From assembly GCA_900552135.1 (NCBI GenBank), contig URYN01000003.1, positions 24,594 to 88,593 of the forward strand: a DNA stretch of 64,000 nucleotides. Direction: 5' to 3'. This DNA comes from an uncultured Clostridium sp. GTDB lineage: Bacteria; Bacillota; Clostridia; TANB77; CAG-508. This document shows, piece by piece, positions 1 to 10,682 of this stretch (positions are counted from its first letter, which is position 1; every line of letters begins with the position of its first letter). The position numbers and the translations under genes were made by a program. The notes beneath the pieces were generated by a model. It was not told the origin of the DNA. It did not search any database and saw only the letters and a program-made list of their open reading frames with translations.

Positions 1-1179
1 CAAGAGGAGCTACCCATTGTAAGAGAAAACACAACTAAAAGAGAAAATACTGTAAAAGAAAACATTTCTATTGTTGATGAACCAGCAGAAAATGAAAATT
101 TACCAGAACTAAAAAATAAAGGTGAAATTGCAAAAACAAGGTCAGTATATACAGATGCAAATGGAGCAAAAGCAGTTGTGCCAGAAGGCTATGGAGTTGT
201 TTCTGATGCAGGAACAATAGCTGATGGACTTGTTATATCAGATGTTGCTGAAGATGATTTAGATAACACAAAGCAAGGAAATCAATTTGTATGGATTCCT
301 GTAGAGTTGCCAAGTGTAGACTTCAGCAAATATACAAATGAAGATGATATAAACGAAAGACTATCAGAATTAATTCAAAGCAAACAATATCCAATGGCAA
401 TGAAAATGGCTGATGGAAATTATAAAGGAATTTTGTATAGATTTGAATCGGTAAATGAGAATACAGAAATTAGAGTAAGTTTCATTTCTTACACAAATGG
501 AAATTCTGAGAGAGAACCGGCTAATTTGCAAGATAATGCAAGTCTAGTAGAAAATTGGACTAGTGAGCAATATCAAAAAGATTACAATGCTTTGGTAAAC
601 AGAGTAAAAAATGACAAAGGTTTTTGGATTGCAAGATACGAAACAAGTGTTGATGAAACAGGCAAAGCCCAATCAAAGAAAAATCAAAATGTAACAACAG
701 GAATATCATGGTATAAAATGTACAACTACGAAAAAACATTACAAAATAGAAAAACAACAAGTAACATGGTATGGGGAAGCCAATGGGATCAAGTAATGAT
801 ATGGCTAAAAAACGTAAGAAATTATAATACAAAAGATAGACAATATTATATAGTAAACAGTTCAAACATGGGAAATTATTTAAATACAGAAATAAAGGAA
901 GAAAGAGCAAATAGAATTGAAACAGTAAAAAAGAGTGGAGAAGCTGTAAGATATAAATCTGGAACAGTAAAACAAGCCCTTGTAAGAAATATATATGATA
1001 TGGCAGGTAATGTATGGGAATGGACGATGGAAGCAAATTTCACATCTTCTAGAACAGTAAGAGGAGGAGATTGTTCTTATGATGGCGTAACATATCCAGT
1101 TACAGCAAGATTCTCATTCCAGGCAGATTATTCAGGAGAAAAAATAGAAAACATTGGTTCAAGAATGACTATATACTAA
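1..1179 (+). CDS. Surface protein with C-terminal FGE/SUMF1-like (C-type-lectin fold) domain; 5' end lies outside the window
   Basis: Frame 1 is open from base 1, with no stop before the GTG listed at 178. Shares VPxGY..GLVISD..GNQFVWIPVE and NIYDMAGNVWEWT..RGG motifs with the CDSs at 52403 and 58702. Confidence 0.7.
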   Translation, partial: QEELPIVRENTTKRENTVKENISIVDEPAENENLPELKNKGEIAKTRSVYTDANGAKAVVPEGYGVVSDAGTIADGLVISDVAEDDLDNTKQGNQFVWIPVELPSVDFSKYTNEDDINERLSELIQSKQYPMAMKMADGNYKGILYRFESVNENTEIRVSFISYTNGNSEREPANLQDNASLVENWTSEQYQKDYNALVNRVKNDKGFWIARYETSVDETGKAQSKKNQNVTTGISWYKMYNYEKTLQNRKTTSNMVWGSQWDQVMIWLKNVRNYNTKDRQYYIVNSSNMGNYLNTEIKEERANRIETVKKSGEAVRYKSGTVKQALVRNIYDMAGNVWEWTMEANFTSSRTVRGGDCSYDGVTYPVTARFSFQADYSGEKIENIGSRMTIY

Positions 1180-1324
1180 AAAAGAAAATCTGGGTGAAAG
1201 GTAAAAATTAAATTTAAAAAAATGCAAAAACAGTTGAAGATTAAAAAAAGTTATGCTATCATGAGAATGTAAACAAAAGTATTTGAAACGCAAAAGAAGA
1301 GAAAAAGGGGAGGAAAACTAAAAA

Positions 1325-2639
1325 ATGAAAACAAAATTAAAAATCAAACAAGAAGAAGGAATTACGCTTATTGCTTTAGTTGTAACAATAGTAGTTCTGC
1401 TAATATTAGCAGGAGTAAGTATAAGTTTAGTACTAAACAATAATGGAGTAATAAGTAAAGCAAAAGATGCTAAGAATTCAACTGAAAAAGGACAAGCACA
1501 AGATGAAGTTAATCTGGCTATAAATTATTTACAAATAGAAGATGCAACTTCTACACTAACTAGGGAAGATAAAAGAAAAATATTGGAAGATGAATTAAGA
1601 AAAATTTCGGCAGATTCTTCTGTTTCAATTAGTGGATCTGGATATAAAATAACTCATAAAAAATATGATTTTTTTGTAGATGAAGATTTAAAAATATCTA
1701 GCTCGGGAAAAACTTTTGATACTGTTGAATGGGATAAAAAAGCGGCACCAGAGGATATATTTATATGGAAAAGTGATGATCCAAATAATGCTGATTATGG
1801 TGTAGTTATTGGATATAAAAAGAATGTGGATAATTATACAATATTAAGATTCCCAAGTAGATGTACAAAGATTGCTGCCTCATATTATTCAGACATTTAT
1901 AAGGACACTGGCGATGACGAACCAACAATAAGAAGTTATACTAAAAATATTTTAAAGGTGGAAATGCCTGATACGATTACTGAGTTAGGATATGGAGCAT
2001 TTTCTGGAGATAGCGGACGGATTTTATTTTTCAAGCTTAGAAAGAGTTGAGTTATCTAAATGTTTAAGCAAGATTGAAAATCGTGCATTTAGGGGATGTA
2101 AAAATTTAAATATTCAGATACCTGAAAGTGTAACAAAAATTGATTATGGAGCCTTTTGTGGATGTGAATCACTAGAAAGTATAACAATTCCGAAAGGTGT
2201 TAAAAAAATTGGAATTCTGAGTTTTTATGGCTGCACAAATTTGCAACAGATAAATTTACCAGAAGGACTTGAGGAAATTGGTGATAGTGCATTTGAAGAG
2301 TGTAAGTTAATAAAAAGTATAACAATTCCGGAAGGTGTTAAAAAATTTGGAAGTAGAAGCTTTGAGGATTGTACAAACTTGCAACAGATCAATTTACCAG
2401 AAGGACTTGAGTCGATTGGATTTTATGCATTTAGTGGTACAAGTAGTTTATCTGAAATTATAATACCAGCAAGTGTAAAAAAAATAGATGAGTGGGCTTT
2501 TTTTGGCTGGACGGATAACCAAACAATAAAGTGTAGAGCAACTGAAGCAGGAAAAAATTGGTCTATACAATGGAATTATACTACTTATAATGGTGTAGGA
2601 ACAAATATAATATGGGGATATCAGGATAACAACACATAA
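1325..2639 (+). pseudogene. Pseudopilin-like N-terminal module fused to BspA-type leucine-rich repeats, split by a +1 frameshift
   Basis: ORFs 1325..2050 and 1992..2639 overlap in different frames. The N-terminus is EEGITLIALVVTIVVLLILAGVSI. The C-terminal part has repeated IPEGVKKIG..AF..C..L units. The repeat pattern continues across the frame change near 2005-2031. Confidence 0.6.
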
Positions 2640-2712
2640 AAAGTAATTTAGAAAATTATTGTTTAATTATTAAATGTTTTACGAAGAATTGAAAAAATGA
2701 AGATAATAAATA

Positions 2713-2752
2713 AACCTCAAGCATTTCCTAGTTATAGGATTTACTTGAGGTT
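2713..2752. terminator. Hairpin between convergent genes (aacctcaag / cttgaggtt)
   Basis: 9-bp perfect stem. The T-rich flank is on the minus-strand side and the plus-side T-run is weak. Confidence 0.45.
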
Positions 2753-2846
2753 CGTTATGTTATGAGATTAGAAAATATCCAAATTATTAATGATGCACAA
2801 GTAAGTGGTTTATTTTTTACATTTGGAAGAGTAGATTTTACGAAAT

Positions 2847-3584
2847 TTAATATATCAACATATAAAGCGTATCATCATCAAATATTATTTGTTCTTCAGA
2901 AAACTCTTCGTAATCTATATTTTTAAATTTTTCGATTATTTTTGCAGGCATTCCAACTTGTTTTAAGTTCTTATTGCAATAATAATTTACTGCTTGTCGA
3001 ATACACCATGAACAGGCAAATTTTCTTTCTGTTAATGATTGCATTGGTCTTATTCCAACGGCATACTGCTGTGGACTTTTATCGTATTTAAACGAGAATT
3101 TTGTGATAGTTTTTCCAGTTTCTGATTCGTATTTATTTAACAAGTAACTTATGGTTTTTCCAGTGTTTCCATCTACTCTATTGGCGGCTATATGTTCTGT
3201 TATATTTTGCATAATGAAAATACTATTTATTATGCAAGAGATAATCGTAAAAGTATAAATTATATTATTTATTTTTCCTTTTGGAGAAATACTTGCTTGT
3301 GCTAATAATATAATTATAGAACTACCCCATAACATCATTAATGGAACATTTACTCTTCCACATACTCCAGTATTAAATATAAACATTGGTACTATACAGA
3401 TTGATAAAGTTATAAATACAATTAATAAATATTGCATAATATATTCTTTTTTCATTTTTGAAATTATTAGTAATATAAAACTTAAAATTAATACTATTGT
3501 GTTTGTGTGTTTTGGCAACATTGCCATACATTCATTCCAAAGTTCATTTAAATATCCGCCAACTGTTTTACCCCTTAGTAGTAT
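2847..3584 (-). pseudogene. 5'-truncated polytopic membrane protein resembling the C-terminal half of GtrII-type glucosyltransferase-domain proteins
   Basis: Multi-TM sequence ending in a YAVGIRPMQSLTERKFACSWCIRQAVNYYC-type tail. The listed N-terminus (3585..3650) is just the reverse translation of the pilin-module fragment, so the real gene is cut at about 3585. Confidence 0.4.
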
Positions 3585-3691
3585 TGCTAATACTAGCAGG
3601 AGTAAGTATAAACTTAGTGCTAAACAATAATGGAGTAATAAGTAAGGCAAAAGATGCGAAAAACTCTAATGAAGAAGCAAAAACAAAATAA
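3585..3691 (+). pseudogene. Orphan fragment of the pseudopilin-like N-terminal module
   Basis: About 80 nt nearly identical to 1393..1475 (VVLLILAGVSI.LVLNNNGVISKAKDAKNS). It has no start codon or RBS of its own and stops after about 10 more codons. Confidence 0.6.
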
Positions 3692-3699
3692 ATAGAGCA

Positions 3700-3757
3700 G
3701 GTAGGAAATGGTTTGAACCTAGAGTAAGATAAGGTACAAGTCGTTCATATTTTTTTA
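3700..3757 (+). repeat. Copy 1 (shorter) of the 3' element also found downstream of the CDS ending at 59892
   Basis: ggtaggaaatggtttgaacctagagtaagataaggtacaagtcgtt..catattttttt aligns with 60003..60095. It lacks about 32 nt present in copy 2. Confidence 0.65.
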
Positions 3758-3972
3758 TTTGAAGCAATTCAAGTTTTAAACAGTTATTTTTAATACTAGA
3801 TTTATTTGTGGTTATCTTGAACTAAAATGTCAGATTTTTTCTTCTAAACCTTGTTTTTTTAGGTAAAGTGTGGTATCATAGAATATGTCAAATGAATACC
3901 TTATACTTGGCTTTAGGAAAACACACCACTAAACCTAGGTTTAAGGCAAATAAAAAAATAGGAGGTGTCACA

Positions 3973-4236
3973 ATGACAAAGGAAAGAAAACAAGAAATTA
4001 TCACAACTTATAGAAGAGATGAAAAGGACACTGGTTCTCCAGAAGTTCAAATAGCTCTTTTAACAGAAAGAATCAACAATCTTACAGCACATCTTAAAAC
4101 ACACCAAAAAGATAATCACTCAAGAAGAGGATTATTACAAATGGTTGGAGCTAGAAGAAGTTTATTAAACTACTTAGCTAAAGAAGATGTTCAAAGATAT
4201 AGAGACATTGTTGAAAAATTAGGATTAAGAAAATAA
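3973..4236 (+). CDS. rpsO: 30S ribosomal protein S15
   Basis: ATG at 3973 is preceded by an aggagg [29 protein letters not shown] is a typical S15 sequence. The ORF-track start at 3868 is an upstream extension. Confidence 0.95.
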   Translation: MTKERKQEIITTYRRDEKDTGSPEVQIALLTERINNLTAHLKTHQKDNHSRRGLLQMVGARRSLLNYLAKEDVQRYRDIVEKLGLRK

Positions 4237-4245
4237 TTTTAGCAA

Positions 4246-4279
4246 GGGCGTTTTACAAAAGTTAAAGCGCCCAATTTTT
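4246..4279 (+). terminator. rpsO intrinsic terminator
   Basis: gggcg / cgccc stem followed by a ttttt run. Confidence 0.5.
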
Positions 4280-4390
4280 ACAAATACAAAAGAAAAAATT
4301 TTGTTATTTTGTCGTAAAAAGAGCAAAATAATAAAAAAGAGATATAAAATAAAAAAATTCATTTTAAAGTCACATTAAAGTTGTATAACT

Positions 4391-4652
4391 ATACTTGTAA
4401 AATTAGAGGTAGCTTGTATAAAATGTTATGTTTTAAATTTATTTTGTATGTTGAATTATTTTTAAAATTTACGCCAGTCTGCGTAGCGACCAAACGAAGC
4501 GTAAGCTGAGTGCGATTGAAGAAACTTTCATATATTTTGAATTTTAAAATTGAAAGTTTCGACAACAAAGACAAGAAAATTTAAAAATAATTAAACATAC
4601 AAAGAATACATTGAATAACATTTTATAGAGGTTACAGTCTAAGTACAAGTAT
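4391..4652 (+). repeat. Long imperfect inverted repeat in the pnp leader (arms about 4391-4470 and 4576-4652) with an inner 10-bp perfect hairpin at 4521-4560
   Basis: The reverse complement of the right arm shares atacttgta, tataaaatgttat and tttgtatgtt.aattatttttaaa blocks with the left arm. The inner hairpin is gaaactttca / tgaaagtttc. Confidence 0.6.
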
Positions 4653-4683
4653 TGATTATAAATAAATTAAAAGGAGAGATATT

Positions 4684-6801
4684 ATGTACAGAAAATTTGA
4701 AACAGAGTTAGCTGGAAGAAAGCTAACAGTTGAAACAGGAAAAGTTGCTGAACTTGCAAATGGTGATGCAATAATTCATTATGGAGACACAGTTGTAATG
4801 GTAAACGTTACAGCATCTAAAGAACCAAGAGAAGGAATAGATTTTTTCCCGCTATCAGTTGATTACGAAGAGAAACTATATGCAGTAGGAAAAATTCCTG
4901 GAAGCTTCCAAAAAAGAGAAGGAAAGCCAGCTGACAAGGCAATTTTAACATCAAGAGCTATAGATAGACCTATCAGACCTTTATTCCCAAAGGATTTTAG
5001 AAATGATGTATGTGTTGTTGCAACAGTTTTATCTGTTGAACAAGATAATAGCCCAGAAGTTTGTGCTATGATTGGTGCATCAGTTGCACTATCAATTTCT
5101 GATATACCATTTGGTGGACCAACAGCAGCTGTAAATGTTGGATATGTTGATGGACAAATTGTTATAAACCCAACAGTTGCTCAAAGAGAACATAGCAGAT
5201 TAAAATTAACTGTCGCTGGAACTATGGAAAAGGTTACAATGATTGAGGCAGGAGCAGATGAAATACCAAATGATACAATGCTTGATTGTATAAAAGCAGG
5301 ACACGAAGAAATTAAAAAACTTTGCAAATTCATAGAAGGAATAAAAGAAGAAGTTGGAAAACCAAAATTTGAATATATTTCTTTTGCAACAGACAAAGAC
5401 GTATATGCTGAAATAAAAGAAAACTTCAAAGAGAGAATGTATCAAGATGTACAAGCTCAAGATAAAGAAGTTAGAGATGCTAACATGGATAAATTAGCAG
5501 AAGATATTAAAGCATATTATGTAGAAAAATATGGAGAAGAAGAGGCTGAAGAAAAGAGCACGGAAATTGCAAACAGCATACACGACCTAGAAAAAGAATG
5601 TGTAAGAGAAATGATCTTCAAAGAGCACAAACGTCCAGATGGAAGAAGAATAGATGAAATAAGACCACTATCTTGTGAAGTTGGAGTATTACCAAGAGTA
5701 CACGGAAGTGCAATATTTACAAGAGGTCAAACACAAGTATTATCAGTAGTAACACTTGGAACAAAATCTGAAGAACAAGAATTAGATGGATTAGACGAAG
5801 AAGAATCTAAGAGATACATGCATCAATACAATTTCCCATCTTACTCAGTTGGCGAAGCAAGACCATCACGTGGACCAGGAAGAAGAGAAATTGGACACGG
5901 TGCATTAGCTGAAAAAGCACTAGTTCCAGTAATTCCTTCAGAAGATGAATTCCCTTATACAATAAGAGTTGTATCAGAAGTATTATCTTCAAATGGTTCA
6001 ACATCACAAGCTAGTATTTGTGGAAGCACTCTAGCACTTATGGATGCAGGTGTTCCAATAAAGAAACCAGTAGCAGGAATATCAACAGGACTTGTTACAT
6101 CAAAAGAAAATCCAGATGAATATGTAATGCTTACAGATATTCAAGGAATAGAAGATTTCTTCGGAGACATGGACTTCAAAGTTGGTGGAACAAAAGATGG
6201 TATAACAGCTATCCAAGTTGACATTAAAAACGATGGACTAACATATGATATAATCAAAGAAGCTTTCGAAAGAACAAAAGTTGCACGTGATTATATATTA
6301 GACGAAATAATTAAACCACAAATAGCAGAGCCTAGAGCTGAATTATCTAAATATGCACCAAGAATAATTACAACAACAATCAATGTAGACAAGATTAAGG
6401 ATGTAATCGGACCTGGTGGAAAAATGATAAACAAGATTATAGATGCAACAGGCGTTAAGATAGACATCGAAGAAGACGGAAGGGTTTGCATTTACACAGA
6501 TGATGCTGAAAACGGAAAGAAAGCTTTGAAGATGATTGAAGATATTGCAAAAGATATCGAAGTTGGAAAAGTTTATGACGGAAAAGTTACAAGAATAATG
6601 AACTTTGGAGCTTTTGTTGATATTGGTGGGGGAAGAGAAGGATTACTTCATATTTCTAAAATATCAAACAAGAGAGTTGAAAAAGTTGAAGATGTTTTAG
6701 CAGTAGGCGATGAAATAAAAGTAAAAGTTTATGAAATAGACAATCAAGACAGAATTAACCTAACAATGAAAGATTTAGAAGAGAGTCAAAAGGAAGGATA
6801 A
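4684..6801 (+). CDS. pnp: Polyribonucleotide nucleotidyltransferase (PNPase)
   Basis: 705 aa with two RNase PH-like halves followed by KH and S1 regions ([26 protein letters not shown]). RBS aaggagag is upstream. Confidence 0.97.
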   Translation: MYRKFETELAGRKLTVETGKVAELANGDAIIHYGDTVVMVNVTASKEPREGIDFFPLSVDYEEKLYAVGKIPGSFQKREGKPADKAILTSRAIDRPIRPLFPKDFRNDVCVVATVLSVEQDNSPEVCAMIGASVALSISDIPFGGPTAAVNVGYVDGQIVINPTVAQREHSRLKLTVAGTMEKVTMIEAGADEIPNDTMLDCIKAGHEEIKKLCKFIEGIKEEVGKPKFEYISFATDKDVYAEIKENFKERMYQDVQAQDKEVRDANMDKLAEDIKAYYVEKYGEEEAEEKSTEIANSIHDLEKECVREMIFKEHKRPDGRRIDEIRPLSCEVGVLPRVHGSAIFTRGQTQVLSVVTLGTKSEEQELDGLDEEESKRYMHQYNFPSYSVGEARPSRGPGRREIGHGALAEKALVPVIPSEDEFPYTIRVVSEVLSSNGSTSQASICGSTLALMDAGVPIKKPVAGISTGLVTSKENPDEYVMLTDIQGIEDFFGDMDFKVGGTKDGITAIQVDIKNDGLTYDIIKEAFERTKVARDYILDEIIKPQIAEPRAELSKYAPRIITTTINVDKIKDVIGPGGKMINKIIDATGVKIDIEEDGRVCIYTDDAENGKKALKMIEDIAKDIEVGKVYDGKVTRIMNFGAFVDIGGGREGLLHISKISNKRVEKVEDVLAVGDEIKVKVYEIDNQDRINLTMKDLEESQKEG

Positions 6802-6802
6802 A

Positions 6803-8038
6803 ATGAAGTATTTATATATAATACAACAAGCAATGGTATGGATATTAACTGCATATTGGTTATATCAATTAATCGTAAGTTTTTGCTCACTTGTAAAACT
6901 TAAAGATAAACCATTGATTGATGATAGAGACCATAAGTTTATGGCTATATTACCTGCTCACAACGAGGAACATGTAATAGGAAACTTAATAGAAAGTTTA
7001 AAGAATCAAGACTATCCCCAGGATTTAATTGATATTTATGTTATTGCAGATAACTGCACAGATAATACGGTTAAAATTGCAAAAGAGGCTGGAGCCATTG
7101 TGCTTGAAAGATACGAAGATGATCCAAAAAAACAAACGAAAGGTGCTGCTCTACAATGGTTTCTAAAGCAAAAAATAGAAGAGGATGCTGATTATGATGC
7201 ATTCTGTGTATTTGATGCTGATAACATTGTTGACAAAAACTTCTTCAAGGCAATGAACAAAAAACTATGCCAAGGAGAGGAAGTTGTTCAAGGTTATAGA
7301 GATATAAAAAATCCAACAGATAGCTGGGTTTCAGCAGGATATGCAATATTCTATTGGACAATGCATAGATTCTACCACTTAGCTAGATATAATTTAGGAT
7401 TATCTGCTCTATTAAATGGAACTGGATTTATGGTTAAATTTGATATAATAAAACCAACAGGTTGGAACACAAATACCTTAACAGAGGATATAGAATTCTC
7501 TTTAAAACGTATAATACAAGGTAAAAGAGTTGGTTGGGCAACAGATGCAATTGTATATGATGAGCAACCAGTAGGCTTTAAACAATCTTGGTCACAAAGA
7601 TCTAGATGGACAATAGGTCATATTCAATGTTTACAAGAATATACAAAACCACTTGCAGGAGCAGTAGTAAAAAACAAAACATTGATGAACTTTGACGGTT
7701 TATTATATATGCTAGGAAGTATACCAATGTTCATAATGACAATAGTCTTAGTAATTATAAACTTTATAATGTATATTTGGGGTGGAATGAATGTGGGAGA
7801 CCTATTCATAAATTGCCTAAGATATATACTTCCAACTTTCTTATTACCAATATTTATTGGTGTTGTAATTATGATTATAGATAAGAAACCAATAAGACCA
7901 ATGATTAAAGGATTAGCTTTATATCCACTATTTTTAGGCTCATGGTTACTTATAAACTTCAAGTGTTTATTTATACGTGATACAAAGTGGGAGAAGATAG
8001 ACCACGTAAGAGATATAAAAATAAAAGATGTAGCGTAA
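6803..8038 (+). CDS. Membrane glycosyltransferase family 2 (processive type)
   Basis: LPAHNEE, FDADN (DxD) and QRSRW motifs, with N- and C-terminal TM segments. Starts 2 nt after the pnp stop. Confidence 0.8.
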   Translation: MKYLYIIQQAMVWILTAYWLYQLIVSFCSLVKLKDKPLIDDRDHKFMAILPAHNEEHVIGNLIESLKNQDYPQDLIDIYVIADNCTDNTVKIAKEAGAIVLERYEDDPKKQTKGAALQWFLKQKIEEDADYDAFCVFDADNIVDKNFFKAMNKKLCQGEEVVQGYRDIKNPTDSWVSAGYAIFYWTMHRFYHLARYNLGLSALLNGTGFMVKFDIIKPTGWNTNTLTEDIEFSLKRIIQGKRVGWATDAIVYDEQPVGFKQSWSQRSRWTIGHIQCLQEYTKPLAGAVVKNKTLMNFDGLLYMLGSIPMFIMTIVLVIINFIMYIWGGMNVGDLFINCLRYILPTFLLPIFIGVVIMIIDKKPIRPMIKGLALYPLFLGSWLLINFKCLFIRDTKWEKIDHVRDIKIKDVA

Positions 8039-8053
8039 AAATATCAGAGCAAA

Positions 8054-8080
8054 AGAGATGCGATTTGCATCTCTTTTTTA
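8054..8080 (+). terminator. Intrinsic terminator after the GT2 gene
   Basis: agagatgc / gcatctct stem followed by ttttt. Confidence 0.6.
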
Positions 8081-8163
8081 TTAAATACTTCTATAAATAT
8101 TGTGAAATTTCTGTGTTTATGCTAGAATATGTAGGAAGAATTTAAATTTTAAAGGAGAAAATA

Positions 8164-9645
8164 ATGGGAGAAAAATTAAAACACATTTTTAAACTAAAAT
8201 ACATGCATATAGCAATAATAATATTGGGAACAATTTTTATAGCATTATCAATATTCCATACCAATATGTGGTTTGATGAGAGTTATACAATAGGAATAGT
8301 AAGACATTCTTTTTCGGAAATATGGAATATAACAAGCTTTGATGTACATCCACCATTTTATTATTTCTGTTTACATATTTTAAATTTACTATTTGGAGAA
8401 AGCATTATATTATATAGATTGTTTTCGGCAATCACAATTGCATTAACGGCATTACTAGGGTACACTCATATTCGTAAAGACTTTGGAGAGAAAACAGGAT
8501 TCTGGTTTTCGTTTTTAATGTTGTTTTTGCCAGTAGCTGCACAATATGCTGGAGAAATAAGAATGTATTCTTTAGGAATGCTTCTTGGAACAATTATGTG
8601 CATATATGGTTATAGGATTTATAAGAAAGATATTCATAAATTGACTTATGTATTTTTCGGACTAAGTAGTTTAGCCCTAGCATATACTCATTATTATGGA
8701 GTTCTATTGGCAGGCGTTATAAACTTGGCTTTATTCATATATTTAATAAAGAATAGAAAAGAAAGAAAACAAGATTTAATAAAGTTTACAATAACAGCAG
8801 TCTTACAGGTTGTAGCATATTTACCATGGCTTATAGTGTTTGTAAGCCACTTAAAGGGAACAGGTTTCTGGATTACATTAACTTTCCCAGGTTCGATATA
8901 TGAAATACTAACAGTACAGTATAAAGGAAATTTAGCTTTTCAACCAATAATACTTTCAACAGCTTTTTATGCTTATTTAATTTACATGGTAAACAAAACA
9001 CCAAAAGAGGAAAGAAAACCTGGAACTTGGGGATTTATCATTTACATAGGAATAATTTTTTTAGTGTTAGTAATTTGTGGATTATTACATAGTGTAATAT
9101 TGCTAAGCAGATATTTATTAATATTGAATGGAGCATTCATGTTTTCTGTTGCGTTCTTCATGGCAAAAGATACAAATAAATGGAGAATTATATCAATTTG
9201 TGTAATAATTCTAACACTTTCAACAATAAGCAATAACAAGACAATCAAAGAGAATTATTCGTCAGGAAATAGAGAGTTTATTGAATATATTGATGCCAAT
9301 ATTCAAAAGGGAGATATAATTTTATACTCAGGTGCAATAAATGGAGCTGTAATAACAACAGAAGTTTCTCATAGCTATGATAATGTTTCTTATTTCTACA
9401 ATAAAGAGCATTGGGGAGTACATGAGGCCTACAAAGCATTTGCACCATATATGGTAATTGAAGAAGATTTATCAAAAATTCTAAATGACTATACGGGAAG
9501 AATTTGGATTGTTGAAAATGAGAACACACATAGTCTTTATGAAGAGGTAGCCGAAAAATATACAGTAAATAAGATTGATGAAAAACAATTTACAGATATG
9601 TATAAGGACTATAAATATACATTTGAACTAGTTGAAAAAGATTAG
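8164..9645 (+). CDS. GT-C fold (family 39/83-like, ArnT/PMT-type) membrane glycosyltransferase
   Basis: About 11 TM segments, a WFDESYT (DE) first-loop motif and HPPFYY, plus a soluble C-terminal domain. Confidence 0.65.
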   Translation: MGEKLKHIFKLKYMHIAIIILGTIFIALSIFHTNMWFDESYTIGIVRHSFSEIWNITSFDVHPPFYYFCLHILNLLFGESIILYRLFSAITIALTALLGYTHIRKDFGEKTGFWFSFLMLFLPVAAQYAGEIRMYSLGMLLGTIMCIYGYRIYKKDIHKLTYVFFGLSSLALAYTHYYGVLLAGVINLALFIYLIKNRKERKQDLIKFTITAVLQVVAYLPWLIVFVSHLKGTGFWITLTFPGSIYEILTVQYKGNLAFQPIILSTAFYAYLIYMVNKTPKEERKPGTWGFIIYIGIIFLVLVICGLLHSVILLSRYLLILNGAFMFSVAFFMAKDTNKWRIISICVIILTLSTISNNKTIKENYSSGNREFIEYIDANIQKGDIILYSGAINGAVITTEVSHSYDNVSYFYNKEHWGVHEAYKAFAPYMVIEEDLSKILNDYTGRIWIVENENTHSLYEEVAEKYTVNKIDEKQFTDMYKDYKYTFELVEKD

Positions 9646-9689
9646 AAAATTGCTTTTAGTAGATTGCAAAAAGAAGGAGAGTAATAAAA

Positions 9690-10526
9690 GTGGAAAAAAC
9701 AAAGATGAAAGTATATGCTTTTGTTGGTCCATCTGGTACAGGAAAAAGTTATAGAGCACAGATGGTTGCAAGTGCAAACGATATTCATTATATAATTGAT
9801 GATGGATTATTAATAAATGAGAATGAAGTGCTTGCAGGAACTTCGGCTAAAAAGGCTCCAACAAAAATTGAAACAGTAAAACATGCACTATTTATTGAAG
9901 AAAAAGAGCAATCTGAGATGAGAAAGGCACTAAAAAAATATAAGCCTGATAGTTTGCTTATATTAGGAACTTCTGATAAAATGATTGCAAAAATTAGAGA
10001 GAGCTTGGATTTACCAGAGCTTACAAAAACAATATATATAAATGAAGTTGCAACAGAAGAAGAAATGGAGAAAGCAAGAAACATACGTGTTACTCAAGGA
10101 AAACATGTAATTCCGGTTCCAACTTTTGAAATTAAGAAAGATTTTTCTGGGTATATATTAGATCCACTACAAATCTTCAGATCAAAAGGAAAAGGAGAAA
10201 ATCCATATCTTTCGGAGAAGTCTATTATTAGACCAACTTTTAGCTACCTTGGTAATTTTACAATATCAGATAGTGTTTTCAGACAGATTGCAGAAAGAGT
10301 TGCTAAAAAAACTCCAGAGATACATGAGGTTACAAAAACAAGAGTAGAGAACTATGGTGACGGCGGAGTGTATATATATATGGAAGTGGTTTTGAACTAT
10401 GGAAATAATATAATAGAGACATTGCAAAATTTTAAGGTAAAAACTAAAAAAGAAATAGAGAAACAAACTGCGATGAATGTAATGAAGGTTGACCTTGTTG
10501 CAAAGGGAATATATATGGAAGGGTAA
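9690..10526 (+). CDS. P-loop NTPase fused to an Asp23/Gls24-like C-terminal domain
   Basis: Walker A GPSGTGKS at the N-terminus. The C-terminal region ISDSVFRQIAERVAKKTPEIHEV..YMEVVLNYGNNIIETLQNFK..MNVMKVDLVAKGI follows the Asp23 pattern. Confidence 0.55.
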   Translation: MEKTKMKVYAFVGPSGTGKSYRAQMVASANDIHYIIDDGLLINENEVLAGTSAKKAPTKIETVKHALFIEEKEQSEMRKALKKYKPDSLLILGTSDKMIAKIRESLDLPELTKTIYINEVATEEEMEKARNIRVTQGKHVIPVPTFEIKKDFSGYILDPLQIFRSKGKGENPYLSEKSIIRPTFSYLGNFTISDSVFRQIAERVAKKTPEIHEVTKTRVENYGDGGVYIYMEVVLNYGNNIIETLQNFKVKTKKEIEKQTAMNVMKVDLVAKGIYMEG

Positions 10527-10635
10527 AGGCATAATACAAATAACAAGATTTGCATGAAATCAATAGCATACTAAAAAATAATAATATGATAAAAATAAAA
10601 AAATATATAAGTAGAAAGAAAAAAGAATGAAAAAA

Positions 10636-10670
10636 ATGCGGAATATAACATAATGTTTATATTCTGCATT
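10636..10670. terminator. Bidirectional terminator between convergent genes
   Basis: 13-bp stem (one G-U pair) flanked by an A-run and a T-run. Confidence 0.6.
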
Positions 10671-10682
10671 TTTTTATAAAGA

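Noticed and set aside
3868-3972. Upstream extensions of ORF-track starts (rpsO 3868, rpsJ 19292, rplB 21636, rplX 25378, rpsH 26633, gap 43148, tpiA 45891, greA 53881, ruvA 55473, 58591, murC 15224)
   Set aside because: In each case an internal start codon with a well-spaced Shine-Dalgarno sequence gives the canonical N-terminus. The extensions cross promoters, terminators or repeats.
4389-4574. 61-aa minus-strand ORF in the rpsO-pnp spacer
   Set aside because: It has no RBS and lies entirely within the inverted-repeat structure. It is better explained as non-coding.
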